Both the position numbers and the translations under genes were made by a program. 64,000 nt of DNA from Sedimentisphaerales bacterium (lineage in GTDB: Bacteria; Planctomycetota; Phycisphaerae; Sedimentisphaerales; SM23-30): contig CAXXMR010000013.1 of assembly GCA_963663805.2 (NCBI GenBank), positions 320,001 through 384,000 of the forward strand, in the 5' to 3' direction. The notes under the pieces were generated by a model. The model was not told the DNA's origin. It worked only from the letters and a program-made list of their open reading frames with translations, and did no database searches. Of this stretch, positions 27,567-39,257 are shown in pieces; position 1 is the stretch's first letter; each line of letters starts with the position of its first letter.

Positions 27567-30500
27567 TTAACGTGCGTTGCTGTTGAGTGTGCCGAAGTTT
27601 TCTTCTTCACGCTCGGTTTGCAGAATGATGGTCGGCTTGACCAGAATCAGCATCACGGATTCATCTTCAACCTTTGAGCGGTTGTTGAACAGGCGATTAA
27701 TAATGGGCAGTTTGCTTAAGCCTGGTACGCCCATTTCTTTCTCAATCATGGCCGTGCGTTTCTGGCCGCCCAGCAGCAATGTGCCGCCGTCCGGTACCGA
27801 AACGTGGGTCGTGATATTGTTGATGGTCATTTCCGGCAGCTGGATAGTACCGGTCGCCACTGAGCTGCCGCGTTCGGTTCCGGTGCCTTCGACACCTTCA
27901 TTGAAGACGAAGTCTTTGATTGCCGAAACGCGTTCTTCATAAACTTCAATATTCAGCAGGACATACATTCTGTCTTCGGAAATGGTCGGGGTAATGACCA
28001 TGTCGATACCACTGAAGGCATAATCAGGATTGGGGTTGAAGATACCCACACCGCTGTCGGTTACCGCCTCAAGGTCAGCGACATAGGTGATTTCATCACC
28101 GAAACTCAAGTAGGCCTGTTCGCCGTTGATAACGGTAATGTGCGGTGCCAGCAGTGAGCGACTGCGTTGGCTGGCCTGGGTAGCCCGAATCAGGAAGTCA
28201 ACCTGAACATTGTCAAGGAACGAGCCCGATACGTTAAAGGCGTTAGGAACGCTGCCGCCGCCGAGTGAACCCGGCACCGAAGTAGCCGCCGGAGTGGTGA
28301 AGGACGATGAGTTCTGTTGGACCGGGAAGGGGGTCGTGCGATTATTGGGACCGGGATTGACCCGCGGGTCGAGTATCTGACGACCGGTTACGTCGTCAGT
28401 GGCACCGATACGATCATAGCCGGCGTTGTTAAGGTTCAGGTAGAAGTCTAAATCGACACCGATGTCTTCCAGGAAGTTACTGTTGATTACCAGGAAGCGG
28501 GTTTCGATGGATACCTGTTCGCCAAAGCCGCGGCGCAGTTCGTTGAGCAGGCTTTCGATTCTCTGATGTACTTCACGATTCTGGAACACCACCAGCGAGT
28601 TCTGCATGATTTCCAGAGTACCGTGGCCTTCGCCGGTCTGGGAGAATTCTTCCCAGCTTTCCGGTACGATGGTGGACTGAATCAGGTAAGTCAGGTCTTC
28701 GATTCTCTGCCAGTAGTCATCGCCACCGGAGCTACCGCCGCCGCCCCGACTGCTGCCGCCACCGCGACTGCTGCCACCCCCGCCCCGACTGCTGCCGCCG
28801 CTACTGCGACTGCTGCCGCCACCACTGCTGCGACTGCTGCCGCCGCTGCGACCACCGCTGCTGCCGCCGCGACTGCTGCCGCCCCCGCCGCGACTGCTGC
28901 CGCCCCCGCCGCTGTCGAGGACGCTATTGTCATAAGAGGAACGGGCACTGAGCAGGTCGCCGATATAATATACTCTCTGGAAATGGTCATAAGCCGTTCC
29001 CAGTTCGGTTTGCGTTTTGATAGTGATAACACCGTCCTGGTCAACTACATAGCCCAGACGGTCAAATTTGCCGCCAGAGGCATAATCCAGAATAGCTTCG
29101 ATAGCCTTGCCAGCAGAGATGTTCTCCAACTGAATACTGATGAGGTTGTCAGGATAAACTTCGTTGATTTCCAGGTCGGGCCAGGCCGGGAAAATATTCA
29201 AACCGGTTTCCTGCCGAAGCTGAGTGAGAACCTGCTGAAGTTCGACATCCAGATGGTCCAGACTTACTGTTAAGTCATCCAGAGCGGCATAGGTTTTTTT
29301 CTGGCGTTCGGTACCGGAGTAACGGTCCAAAGCGCTGGATTTTTTACGCTTTTCTTTCTTTTCCAGCCAGTCTTCCGGGAAAGTGTCGCTAGAGTAAGGA
29401 ATGGAAGATTCACGAGCGTTCTTGAGAATATTCAAAGACTCAGTTTCGATTTCTCTGGCGACCTCGGCCTGCTCCTGAAGATCCTGAAGGTCTTTCATAT
29501 GGTCCATCAGAAGTTTGGCTTGTTCATGTTTGGGGTCCAGGTCCAGCAAACGCTGTAAGGTGCTGACCGCCTGGTCGTATTCACGCGCCTGTTTGAAACT
29601 CAGAGCACGGGTAAAGAGTTCTTCGATTTTCCTTTGACGTGCGACATCTGCCCGCTGGCGACGTTCCATTTCTTCCTTGGCAGCCTTGGCAATCTGCTCT
29701 TTGAGAGCTTCTTCGCGGGCGGCGGTTTGTCTTTGCTCAACCATATCCAGAGCAGCGGAAGCTTCAGCTTTCATTTGTTCGTAGGATTCGTTGCCGAGCA
29801 GTTCTTTGGCACTGTCCAGCTGAGCCATAATCTGGCTGATTTCAGCACGGGCCTTATCGAACTGCTTTTCGCTGAGCAGGCGGCTGATATTGTCGCGAGA
29901 GGTGACAAAGGCCGCTTCGATGTACTGTTTCTGCACGCGTTCTTTGTTTTGCACTCTTTTCGATGATGGTGGGCTTGCCGGTGCTGCGGGCTTCCTGAGG
30001 CTGACGCAGGTTGAACTTAGCGGCTGCCAAACCCTGCTGGGCAACTTTGTTGTCCGGGTCGATAGCCAGGGCCTGGGAATAATATTCCTGGGCGAGCTTA
30101 AAGTTGTTTTTGCCCATTTCCAGATCGCCGTAAGCGAGCTGGGCATCGATTTTCTCCTGAAGCTCAGGGGTGATGACGGGCTCTTCATCTTTTTTGCCGA
30201 AAGGCCAGTCGGGAAGTTTGATTTTGGGAAGGATTGATTTTTTCTCGGTTGGCACCGGCTGGGCAGCCGCTACGACCTCAATATCATCCTCAGCGGCCCT
30301 GTTCGGCTTTTACCTCAGCGACCGCTTTTTCAGCGGCGGCAGTGGCCTGAGCCATCGCCTTGGCCTTAGCGGCATCAATTTTCTCAAGGAAACCTTCGGC
30401 GGTGGTCATGGTGCCCCGGTCGAAGAAATTCAGGGAGATGCCGCTGTCGACAACTTTCTTGAAGCTGGCTTCGGCGGCACCGTATTTTTTAGCTTTGTAG

Positions 30501-31075
30501 TCGGCCACGCCCTTTTTGAACAGGGCCTTGATTTCACCCTTAATGGCGTCCTGGGCGGATTCTACCGCAGCCAACTGGTCTTCAATGCGTTTGACTGTGG
30601 GCTCAGCCAGGTATTTCCGCAGGGCGTAGGCTCCTTTGAATGAAGCTTCTGCCGCGGGAAGGTTGCCCGCCTTGAGGCTGATAGAGCCGGAATCCAGCCC
30701 TTGACGAGCTTTTTGCTGAGCATCAATGCCAGCCTGGGCTTCGGCAGCGCAGCTTCCCAGACGCTTTTTCTGTTTGTCGGTCAACTGGGTATCAAGCTCG
30801 CGGCATCTTTCCACGGTTTCTTCGGCCAGATTATACTGTTGTCTAGCCAGTTGGGCTTCGGCAATGTCAAGCCAGTCATTGGCTTTTTTGCGTTGGGCCT
30901 GAATCGCGGCATCACTGCCGGTGTCGGCGGCAATAAGCTGGTTATTCTCAGCCCAGCTGCCCGCGGGCAAGCTGACGAGAATACCCCCGGCCAGGAGAAT
31001 TGTCAGGGTGATAAGATTTCTGTTCCGGCGGCACAGCGCCTTGCGATAGCCGTATAGCCTTGTGTGCTGCAGCAA
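27567..31075 (-). CDS. Large TPR-containing type II/IV secretion secretin (GspD/PilQ-like); two apparent +1 frameshifts near 30298 and 29958
   Basis: C-terminal VSVPDGGTLLLGG, VPGLSKLPIINRLF, LILVKP.I; three ORF pieces join if one base is removed from caggg and gaaaag runs. Confidence 0.82.
28730..28912 (-). repeat. Gly/Ser/Arg low-complexity repeat (GGSSRG) inside the secretin
   Basis: Repeated gactgctgccgcc units. Confidence 0.85.
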
Positions 31076-31523
31076 GGTAAGACTCCTTTACGATAGTGAC
31101 GAAGGCACGGATGTCCGATATCAGTACTGCTATCGTGCCTTCAGCGTGTATCAGTGCAGTTATTAAATCCCGTTTATGTGGTAAGCATCCGTGGCTGACC
31201 TGGGGCAGGTTACCCACATTTTCACAGCCATTATCAAGAGTGGTAGTCTATGGTAGAGGCAAGAGCTTGCAAACAAAAAAATTCGTACTGATAAAACAAG
31301 TTTTCCTGATTTTGGAAGGGGGGGCAAGTCTTGTTAAAAAAAGGGTTGCCGCGACAGGAGTCCGGGTGTGTGTAAAGACTTGCTCCTCAATATGTTGCGT
31401 CAGGTTGCCTGCCTGGTCGCCCAGGCTGGGTGGGGGATTGATAATTATGCTGCCGGCGAAAACACAAGTATTTATAGTCTTGTAGTTGCCAGTTTTTTTC
31501 CAACCGGCTATCATCTGGGCCTT

Positions 31524-32262
31524 ATGAGCGAGCACAACAACCGACAATCCCTGACAGCATTGGCACTGGAGACTTCAGGCCGTCTGGGCAGTGTGGCCTT
31601 GGGGCGGGAAGGTAACCTTATGGCTGAGCGTGAGTTCAGTGCCGACCGACGCCATGCTGGACAGCTTGTCCCGGCGGTGGCGGGTATTTGTGCCCAAAAC
31701 GGTGTTTTGCCCGTTGAGATAGACTGTATATTTGTTTCGGTCGGTCCGGGCAGCTTTACGGGGCTGAGAATCGCGGTTTCAGTCGCCAAAGCCCTGTCTT
31801 TTTGTCTGGATTGTCGCATTGTGGCGGTTCCCAGTATGGATGCTCTGGTTTTGAATGTGGATGATTGCGAGGGGGTTGATCGTATTTTGTGTGTTCGGGA
31901 TGCCCAAAAGCGGCATGTTTATGGGGCGATTTATGAGAGAGGGTCGGGCGTTTGTATCCCCGGTTGGCAGCAGAAGTTAGAAGCACAGCGAATCAAGCCG
32001 GCAGAGGTTTTGGAGCAAGCGGGGGCGGGGATTTCTGTGCTGGGAGAGGGGTTGGGAGTACCATTTAGAGGATTTTCAGGGGGCGGGTGTCAATATTCTG
32101 GATGAGTCGAGGTGGCAGGGGCGCGCAAGACATGTGTTGGCCTGTGGTTATCAGCGGGCAGGGGTGGGTGATTTTATCAGTCCGGAGGAACCGGCCCCGC
32201 TGTACCTGCGTCGTCCCGAAGCGGTGGAGCGGTGGGAGAAGCTGCATCCCAAGCCTGAATAA
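31524..32262 (+). CDS. tsaB: tRNA threonylcarbamoyladenosine biosynthesis protein TsaB (frameshifted in this sequence)
   Basis: LALETS, GPGSFTGLRI; C-terminal PLYLRRPEA in another frame. Confidence 0.85.
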
Positions 32263-32648
32263 TCTGGATAGTAATTGACGTAAGTGCTTATTTTGTGTGG
32301 GGAGGATGGTTGTAAGTGCTTATTTTTGTGAGCGCGAGGGTGACTTCGTAGGCGCGATTGGGGCTTAAAACGGGTTTTTCGGGTGGGGGGGTTCTCCTTA
32401 ATGCGCAATTTGCAGGGGGGCGAAATCAGCGCGATTGGGGATTTTGGGGGGGGGTAAAAAGAGTGTTTGGGGGCAGGGGGCGGGGGATTTTGGTTGTGAA
32501 TATGCCTGTTTGGGGCGTCATTGCGGTGGCAAAGTTGTGTTTGCGGTGGGGTTTTCGGCGCGGTTTGGACTGGGACGACCGATTTTTGATGATTTTTTTG
32601 ATTTTTTGGCGTTTTTTTTGATTTTTGGGGTGGTTTTGAGATTTAAAA

Positions 32649-32850
32649 AGGCATGAGGGATGAGGCATTTAAGAAGGCCAAGAGGCATTAGGCATGAGGC
32701 ATGAGGGAACGGCGAGGTTTCGACCTGCGGTCGAGGGTTTTTATTTAACGGCAACGGCGAGGTGCTGCCTTGGGCAGGGGTTGTTTTTATTTTCAAACAA
32801 GGGGATAAATAAATGTACCGGACACCGTTTTCCCCCCGTTTTCCCCGCAC
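32649..32850 (+). repeat. Composite REP-like intergenic element, copy 1
   Basis: AGGCA(T/A)(G/T) heptamers, gaacggcgaggtttcgacctgcggtcgagg hairpin, ctgccttgggcag hairpin. Confidence 0.75.
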
Positions 32851-32889
32851 AGATAATGCAACCGGTCGAATCTAACTATGGTTAATCCT

Positions 32890-32919
32890 TTGACAAGGGC
32901 CGCCCGGATGTGATATTAT
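32890..32919 (+). promoter_or_regulatory. Sigma70 promoter
   Basis: TTGACA-N18-TATTAT with TG extension. Confidence 0.55.
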
Positions 32920-32989
32920 ACTAACATCCAGAGGGGGTTTTTCCTTTCGGGATCTTAACTTGATATTTAGCAGTTAGTCAGACATATCG

Positions 32990-35177
32990 ATGGAGCAGAT
33001 AATGCGAAAAGCAATACAAGAATTTATTCATCAAGTAATTATATTATTTCTGGTAATTGGTGGGCCGGTTTTGGCAAACTCAGCTCCTCAGGCCAGTGAT
33101 ATTACAGCATATCAGCGTACGGATGAAAGTGGGATTGTGGATATTGACTATACGCTCACCGATGCTGATGGTGACAACTGTACAATCGGGATTCTGGTCA
33201 GCGAGGATGCGGGCGAGAATTGGGATGTCCCGGCGACTGATTTTGCGGGTGATATTGGGGCGAATATTGCTCCCGGCTTCCGAAGCATCATCTGGCACAG
33301 CAAAACCGATCTGCCCATTGCTTACGGCAGTGATTTTCAGGTAAAAATAACCGCTGAAGACAATATCGGCTCCAATACCGAGCCAGACGAGTCTGGGGAC
33401 ATAGTCTGGGTGGCCATAGATGATCCCGGTCTGTTTGGCCATGAAGGTTTCGATGGTGAAATGAGCAAACATGAAACAACCAATGCCCAATTTGCCGCCT
33501 TTCTCAATGCCGCTCTGGCATCGGGTGACATTATTGTCGCCACAGACAACAAAGCCTACGGCAGTAAACGGCTCTAACAGCGGGGGATGATTTCGTCGGT
33601 CTGGCCTATTATAATCTTGCCGATCCCGGCGATACTTATAAACGGCGCGACCAAGGGCGGCGCATCACGCGTTAGTTACAACGGCGGTTCTTTCACGGCG
33701 GATAGGGGCTATGAAAACCATCCCGCGACCTGCGTAAGCTGGTACGGGGGCCGCGGCGTTTTGTGATTATTATGGCTATCGACTGCCCACTGAATGGGAA
33801 TGGCAGGCGGTGGCGGATTATGACGGCAGTTATAATTATGGTTGCGGGGTGAGTGCTAACAACGGGATTGCGAATTATTTTGATTCGGTGCATCCCAACG
33901 GTACTGCTGATGTGGGCAGCTTTGGTGCTTATGGTTACGGCATGTGCGACATGATGGGCAGTTTTATGGGAATGGACCAGCAGCTGGAACACTGCCGCCA
34001 ACAGCTATCCCTACCTTCGCGGCGGCTGCTGGACAATCGCGGATTATTACTGCTCGGCAACGTACCGAATCAATTATGCCCCCACCAGCATGAGCGCCCA
34101 CATCGGTTTTAGGGCCTGTCCGCGGTGAAGTATCAAACACTGTGCCTAATTTAGTCGGCAAGACGCAGGCAGCAGCAGAAGCGATGATTGTCGGCTCTGG
34201 TTATGCGGTGGGAAATGTCAGCGAGGATTATAGTGATAATGTAGCAGAGGGTTTGGTTATAAGCCAGAATCCATCTGCTGGCACAGAATTGACACTGGGA
34301 TATGCCGTTTATTTGACAGTTTCAATCGGCCCGGCATCAAGTTCAGGCGAAGTTGTGGTTGACGGACCGGCAGATATGACCTGGGTATATATCAACGATT
34401 CTGGAGCGAACATGAAAGATGAATACGGCAATCCGATCAGTCATGGCGGTTTTGTCGGATACATGAGCAAATATGAAACCACCAACGCTCAATATTGTGA
34501 GTATCTCAATTCCGCTCTTGCGGACGGGCTGATAGAAGTCGATGTCGAATGGGGCAGCCACAGAGTATTTCCCGCACACTCAGGCTATAGCGGCATGCCC
34601 TATTACAGACTCACGAATCAGGGAGATAATCATAATGGAGCCACTCATGGCGGAGCATCGAGAATCCATTACATTAACGGCAGGTTCACCATTGACAGTG
34701 GTTTTGAAAACCATCCGGTTTCTTATGTGAGCTGGTACGGGGCCACTGCCTTTTGCGAATATTATGGATACCGATTGCCTACCCTGTGGGAATGGCAGGC
34801 GGTGGCAGACTACGATGGAAGCTATAGCTATCCATGCGGAAATGACTATCGATCACAGTATGGCCAACTATTACGACTCGACACATCCTGACGGCACGAC
34901 CGTGGTCGGCAGCTATGGCACTTATGGCTACGGCCTGTGTAACATGACTGGCAATCTGTCTGAATGGGTCAGCACGTCGGCTAACAACGGCAATCACTAC
35001 TATCGCTGCAGCAGCTGGGCTACTTGGATAGATATTTATCACACTTCAATTGCAGATTACTATTCCGGAACAGGCCCGGCCAGTCATATTGGCTTTAGGC
35101 GTGCCGGGACAGCATTGGCACTTCAGGTAACAACTAATAAACATAACTGTTTATCAGAGCACGGAACATTAAAATGA
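32990..35177 (+). CDS. Secreted protein with two FGE-sulfatase (CLec) domains and a PASTA domain; multiple frameshifts
   Basis: MSK.ETTNAQ (x2), HPV..VSWYGA.AFC.YYGYRLPT..EWQ, YGLC.M.GN..EW, HIGFR; VPNLVGKTQ..VISQNP PASTA. Confidence 0.75.
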
Positions 35178-36157
35178 ATTATACAAAAAAAATAATCTTC
35201 GGCCTGTTTATCATTATTATCGTAATCTGCCCCGCAATCTTTGCGGCCAGTGGCTCAGGCGTTTCTAATGTTTTCACAATTGATAACCGGCAAGAAGACA
35301 CGCTGGTTACTAGTAAACTTACGATCAAGGGCGGCAAGGAACGCGATGGGATGTCCGATTCTTTTTCAATGACCGGCCAGTTTGGTTCGGGAAGCCTGGA
35401 ATTAATTTCCGCTCCGGCCAATGACCTTGCGAACATTGCCTTTGCCATCTACTCGGAAAGCGAAGATGAGGTTTACGGACATGAAGAACTTTTTAATCCT
35501 CAGAACATTAAAGTCGATGCCAAGCGTCAAAAGATTTCCTATAAAAACTCTTTTACCAAAGGCCAATCCGGCGGCATAACATCTTTCAAGGCGGACCTGG
35601 CCAAAGGAACATTTACGATTACCGGCAAGGACGTCGATTTTACCGGCATGCAAAGCCCGGTTATGATTGGTTTGAGTATAGGGAATTATTTCGGCAACAG
35701 CATCGCCTATGACGGTGAAGTTTTGGGCTCCGCGGCGATCTGGATATAATAAACGGCAGTAAACCTTTGCCCGCAAAATTTACTGGCCGGCTGCATTGAC
35801 TATCTGAGCATAGCCAAAACCACCAAGTTAAAAGAAAAAGACAACCTCGTCTCCACCTCAGTCAGCGGCTCAATCACGGCACGAGAATCGTTTACCATAA
35901 ACCTGGAAAACGAACCGTTAATCATAACCTGGGGTGACAATGATTTTACTATCCCCGCAGACAGTTGTGTCGGCAAAGGTGCTAAATTTGCTTTCAAAAA
36001 AATAACCGCCACAGGAAGGCGGAGTTTTCAGCGGCATTATCGATTTTGGCAAATGCACTTACAAAATCAGCATCAAGAACGCCCCGCTAAACACCAATGC
36101 CGATACTTTCGGCCTGACCTTGGCACATTCAGCCAAACCGTCAACATTGTATACTAA
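35174..36157 (+). CDS. Secreted hypothetical protein (frameshifted, internally repeated)
   Basis: Signal peptide; coding-like sequence continues in shifted frames to taa at 36155-36157. Confidence 0.5.
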
Positions 36158-36162
36158 AAAGA

Positions 36163-36352
36163 GTTGCCTTTGGCAGGGGTGTTTTTATTTTTGTATCAGT
36201 ACTGGGGGCTTACGCACCCCGGCTATTCGTTCTTTCGACCCCTTTGGGGTCTTTTAATGGGGAAGAATTTGTGGACGGGAGGGACATTATGGACTTGCTG
36301 GACTGGCTGGGTGTTCGATCCGGTCGCTTACGCGAATCGGTTTCTGTTTGGG
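36163..36352 (+). repeat. Composite REP-like element, copy 2
   Basis: gcctttggcagggg, ggggcttacgcacccc, gacccctttggggtc, gggacattatggacttgctggac, gtgttcgatccgg. Confidence 0.7.
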
Positions 36353-36422
36353 TGAGGGGGTAGATTGGTGGTGGGATTTTATTTGGTGGTGGTTTGGTGG
36401 TTGTTGATATATTATGTGGGTT

Positions 36423-37565
36423 ATGATAAGCAGAACAGAACAACTGGATTATGAGCGGGCGCGGCTGGCGGGTTACGCGGTTTTATGCGTGGATAGTCGG
36501 GGGCGGGGACATGCTGAGCCGGAGCATGTCTATCGTACGGCTTTTCAGCGGGACCGGGACCGGATTGTACATAGTTCGGCGTTTCGTCGGCTGGAGGCCA
36601 AGACTCAGGTATTTACGGTTCCGGCGGGTGATTATTATCGTACGCGTCTGACGCATACATTTGAGGTTTCGCTGATTGCGCGGACTATGGCGCGGGCTTT
36701 GGCGGTGAACGAAGATTTGGCGGAGGCGGCGGCTTTGGCCCATGATTTGGGGCATCCGCCTTATGGTCATTGCGGGGAGGCGGTGCTTAATGAATTGATG
36801 TCGGGGCATGGGGGCTTTGAACATAATCGTCATTCTTTGCGGGTGGTTGATTATCTGGAGCATCCTTATCCTGATTTTCGGGGGCTTAACCTCAGCTATG
36901 AAACGCGGTGGTGTATTGCCAAGCATGAAACCCGTTATGACCGGCCCGAACTGAGCGAGGAGTTTCCCAGTAAGTTTGCTCCGCTGGAAGGACAGCTGGC
37001 GGATTTGGCGGATTCGATTGCTTATACTTCGCATGATTTGGATGACGCTCTGGCGGGTGAGCTGATTTGTGAGGATGATTTGAAGGATATAGAATTGTAT
37101 CAGGAACTGCTGGGGCAGGTGGGGCGGCGGTATCCGCAGGCTCGTCGCTTTTCTCGGCAGCTTCGCTGTGCTAAGGGAATCATAGAATTGCTGGCCCGTG
37201 ACGCTCTGGCTGAAACTGCCCGGAACCTTGAAACTCTTAAGCCCGAATCTCTGGACGATATTGTCAAGGCTGACGATAAGGTGGCGGGTTTGTCGGCGGG
37301 GGCTCAGGAGCGAATGAATCAGCTTTCAGATTTTCTGCTGGAAAGGGTGTATCATCATCCGCGGGTGGTGGAGGGCCAGAGTGTGGCGAAGGAGCATCTG
37401 GAAGGGCTGTTTCGGCTGTATTGTGAACGGCCTGAACTGCTGCCGGTGCGGTATCAGCAGAGGCAGGATAGTCAGCCGCGGGCGGGGATAGTATGTGATT
37501 ATCTGGCAGGGATGACGGATAGCTTTTGTCGGGAACAGTATCATTTAAGAAGGCAAGAGGCATAA
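36423..37565 (+). CDS. dgt: dGTP triphosphohydrolase (HD family)
   Basis: FQRDRDRIVHSSAFRRLEAKTQV, RTRLTH, HDLGHPPYGH, DYLAGMTD. Confidence 0.93.
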   Translation: MISRTEQLDYERARLAGYAVLCVDSRGRGHAEPEHVYRTAFQRDRDRIVHSSAFRRLEAKTQVFTVPAGDYYRTRLTHTFEVSLIARTMARALAVNEDLAEAAALAHDLGHPPYGHCGEAVLNELMSGHGGFEHNRHSLRVVDYLEHPYPDFRGLNLSYETRWCIAKHETRYDRPELSEEFPSKFAPLEGQLADLADSIAYTSHDLDDALAGELICEDDLKDIELYQELLGQVGRRYPQARRFSRQLRCAKGIIELLARDALAETARNLETLKPESLDDIVKADDKVAGLSAGAQERMNQLSDFLLERVYHHPRVVEGQSVAKEHLEGLFRLYCERPELLPVRYQQRQDSQPRAGIVCDYLAGMTDSFCREQYHLRRQEA

Positions 37566-37870
37566 GGCAAGAGGCATAAGTGAACGGCGAGGTTTCGGCC
37601 TTTGGCCGAGGATTTTTATTTAACGGCAACGGCAACCGCTTACTTACGTGCGCGGCTCTGAAAGGAGGGAAGAAGGCAAGAGGGGTGAGGCAGGAGGCAA
37701 GAGGGAACGGCGAGGTTTCGGCCTTTGGCAGGATTGTTTTTATTTTTTGCTTTGTACCCCTTTGGGGTCTTTAACGGCAAAGAATTTATGGACAGGAGGG
37801 ACGTTATGGACTTGCTGGACGGGTTTTGGTGTTCGATCCGGCCGTTTAGGCGGTGCGGTTTCTGTTGGTG
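37542..37870 (+). repeat. Composite REP-like element, copy 3 (double unit)
   Basis: Heptamers + gaacggcgaggtttcggcctttggc twice, aaccgcttacttacgtgcgcggctctg, acccctttggggtc, ggacttgctggac. Confidence 0.78.
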
Positions 37871-37932
37871 CGGTCTTTAATTTAGTTTGGAACTGGTGCC
37901 AATTGTCGAAGCATTCGGTGTTTTTTTTATGC

Positions 37933-37961
37933 TTGCCAGTGGTTTGGGGTTTCGCTATTAT
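37933..37961 (+). promoter_or_regulatory. Sigma70 promoter of rpmH
   Basis: TTGCCA-N17-TATTAT. Confidence 0.55.
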
Positions 37962-38051
37962 TTACAATTCTATATAGGAATGAGCAGGGCCGCAGGTGGC
38001 CGGGTGAACGATACAACTAATGCTGTAGCAGTTAGTTAAGAAGGATTAAAA

Positions 38052-38183
38052 ATGGAAAACCATCGTATAAGCAAAATCAAAAAGAAACGTAAAAGCGGGT
38101 TTCGGGCTCGCATGAAGACTTCCAAAGGTCGTAAAATTATCAACGCCAAGCGTCGGGCTGGTCGTTCGGTGAACGTTTGCTAA
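38052..38183 (+). CDS. rpmH: 50S ribosomal protein L34 (not in ORF track)
   Basis: MENHRISKIKKKRKSGFRARMKTSKGRKIINAKRRAGRSVNVC; GFRARM.T..GR motif. Confidence 0.9.
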   Translation: MENHRISKIKKKRKSGFRARMKTSKGRKIINAKRRAGRSVNVC

Positions 38184-38184
38184 T

Positions 38185-39048
38185 ATGCCTGCTATTTTCT
38201 ATGAAAGCATAGTCGAGGCGGTCGCGGGGCTTTGCCCCAGGGCTGCTTTTGAGCTCGACGCTGAGTTGATCGCGGCATTTGCGGAGGCGGCAAAAAAAGA
38301 ATCGAATGCTGGTGCGGCGGAGCGGCTGGGCCAGCTTCTGGAAAACGCAGAAATCGCCACGCGGGATCAGATACCTTTGTGTCAGGATACCGGCGTGGCG
38401 GTGGTGTTTGTGGAGCAGGGTCGGGATGCGCAGATAGTTTATCCGGCGGATAGGCCGGAGGCGACGCTTGACGATGCCATTAACGAGGGTGTCGCTAAAG
38501 GTTATAGCGAATCTTTTCTGCGTAAGTCGATGGTGGCGGACCCGGTTTTTGGTCGGGTTAATACCAATGACAATACTCCAGCGGTAATTCATCATCGTCG
38601 GGTGGCGGGGGCTAAGATGAAGATTACTTTGATGGCCAAGGGGGGCGGGTGCGAGAATAAATCGGCGTTCAAGATGCTCAAGCCTACGGCGGGTGCGGCT
38701 GAGGTTCGGGATTTTATTCTGGAGACGGTGAAGACGGCTGGCGCGGATGCCTGTCCGCCTTTTGTGATTGGGGTGGGGGTTGGTGGTAATTTCGAGTATG
38801 CGTGCTATCTTGCCAAGGCTGCGCTGCTGCGTTCGATTCATTCGAGTCATTCAGATGCTCAATGGGCGCAGATGGAAAAAGAACTGCTGGATACGATAAA
38901 TTCGTTCGATATTGGTCCGTCAGGTTTGAAAGGCGATACGACCGCTTTGGCGGTTTTGATTGAGACTTATCCTTGTCATATCGCGTCGCTGCCGGTGGCG
39001 GTTAATATTGAATGCCATAGTCATCGGCATAAAACCGTTACGCTGTAA
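38185..39048 (+). CDS. Fe-S hydro-lyase, fumarate hydratase/tartrate dehydratase alpha subunit
   Basis: PLCQDTG, KGGGCENKS, ACPP, CHIASLPVAVN..CH..RH. Confidence 0.9.
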   Translation: MPAIFYESIVEAVAGLCPRAAFELDAELIAAFAEAAKKESNAGAAERLGQLLENAEIATRDQIPLCQDTGVAVVFVEQGRDAQIVYPADRPEATLDDAINEGVAKGYSESFLRKSMVADPVFGRVNTNDNTPAVIHHRRVAGAKMKITLMAKGGGCENKSAFKMLKPTAGAAEVRDFILETVKTAGADACPPFVIGVGVGGNFEYACYLAKAALLRSIHSSHSDAQWAQMEKELLDTINSFDIGPSGLKGDTTALAVLIETYPCHIASLPVAVNIECHSHRHKTVTL

Positions 39049-39080
39049 GGGCTGCTTGCGTGGGGAATTCTACATAAGAT

Positions 39081-39240
39081 TAACGGCAGGCAAGAGGCAT
39101 TAGTGAACTGCTAGGTTTCGACCTGCGGTCGAGGGTTGAACAATTAACGGCTCGGTGCCTGCCTTCGGCAGGGGTTGTTTTTACATAAATAACGGGTTTT
39201 GGTGTTCGATCCGGCTGCTTGCGCGGCTCGGCTTTTGCTT
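39081..39240 (+). repeat. Composite REP-like element, copy 4
   Basis: aggcaagaggcattagtgaac, ttcgacctgcggtcgagg, cctgccttcggcagg, gtgttcgatccgg. Confidence 0.75.
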
Positions 39241-39257
39241 ACGGTTTGATTGTTTGG

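Noticed and set aside
28566..29273. Ala/Thr-rich and Ala/Val-rich ORFs
   Set aside because: Shadow frames of the secretin Gly-Ser repeat
31524..32262. tsaB as a true pseudogene or programmed frameshift
   Set aside because: Normally essential gene inside a cluster of homopolymer indels; sequencing error is more likely
32358..32885. Short ORFs over the A-tract and REP region (also 37264-37977, 41743-42095)
   Set aside because: Translations of noncoding repeats (ASCLMP, GEVSAFG recur in them)
32990..35177. Complete DGR in this window
   Set aside because: No reverse transcriptase, Avd or AAC-rich template repeat seen
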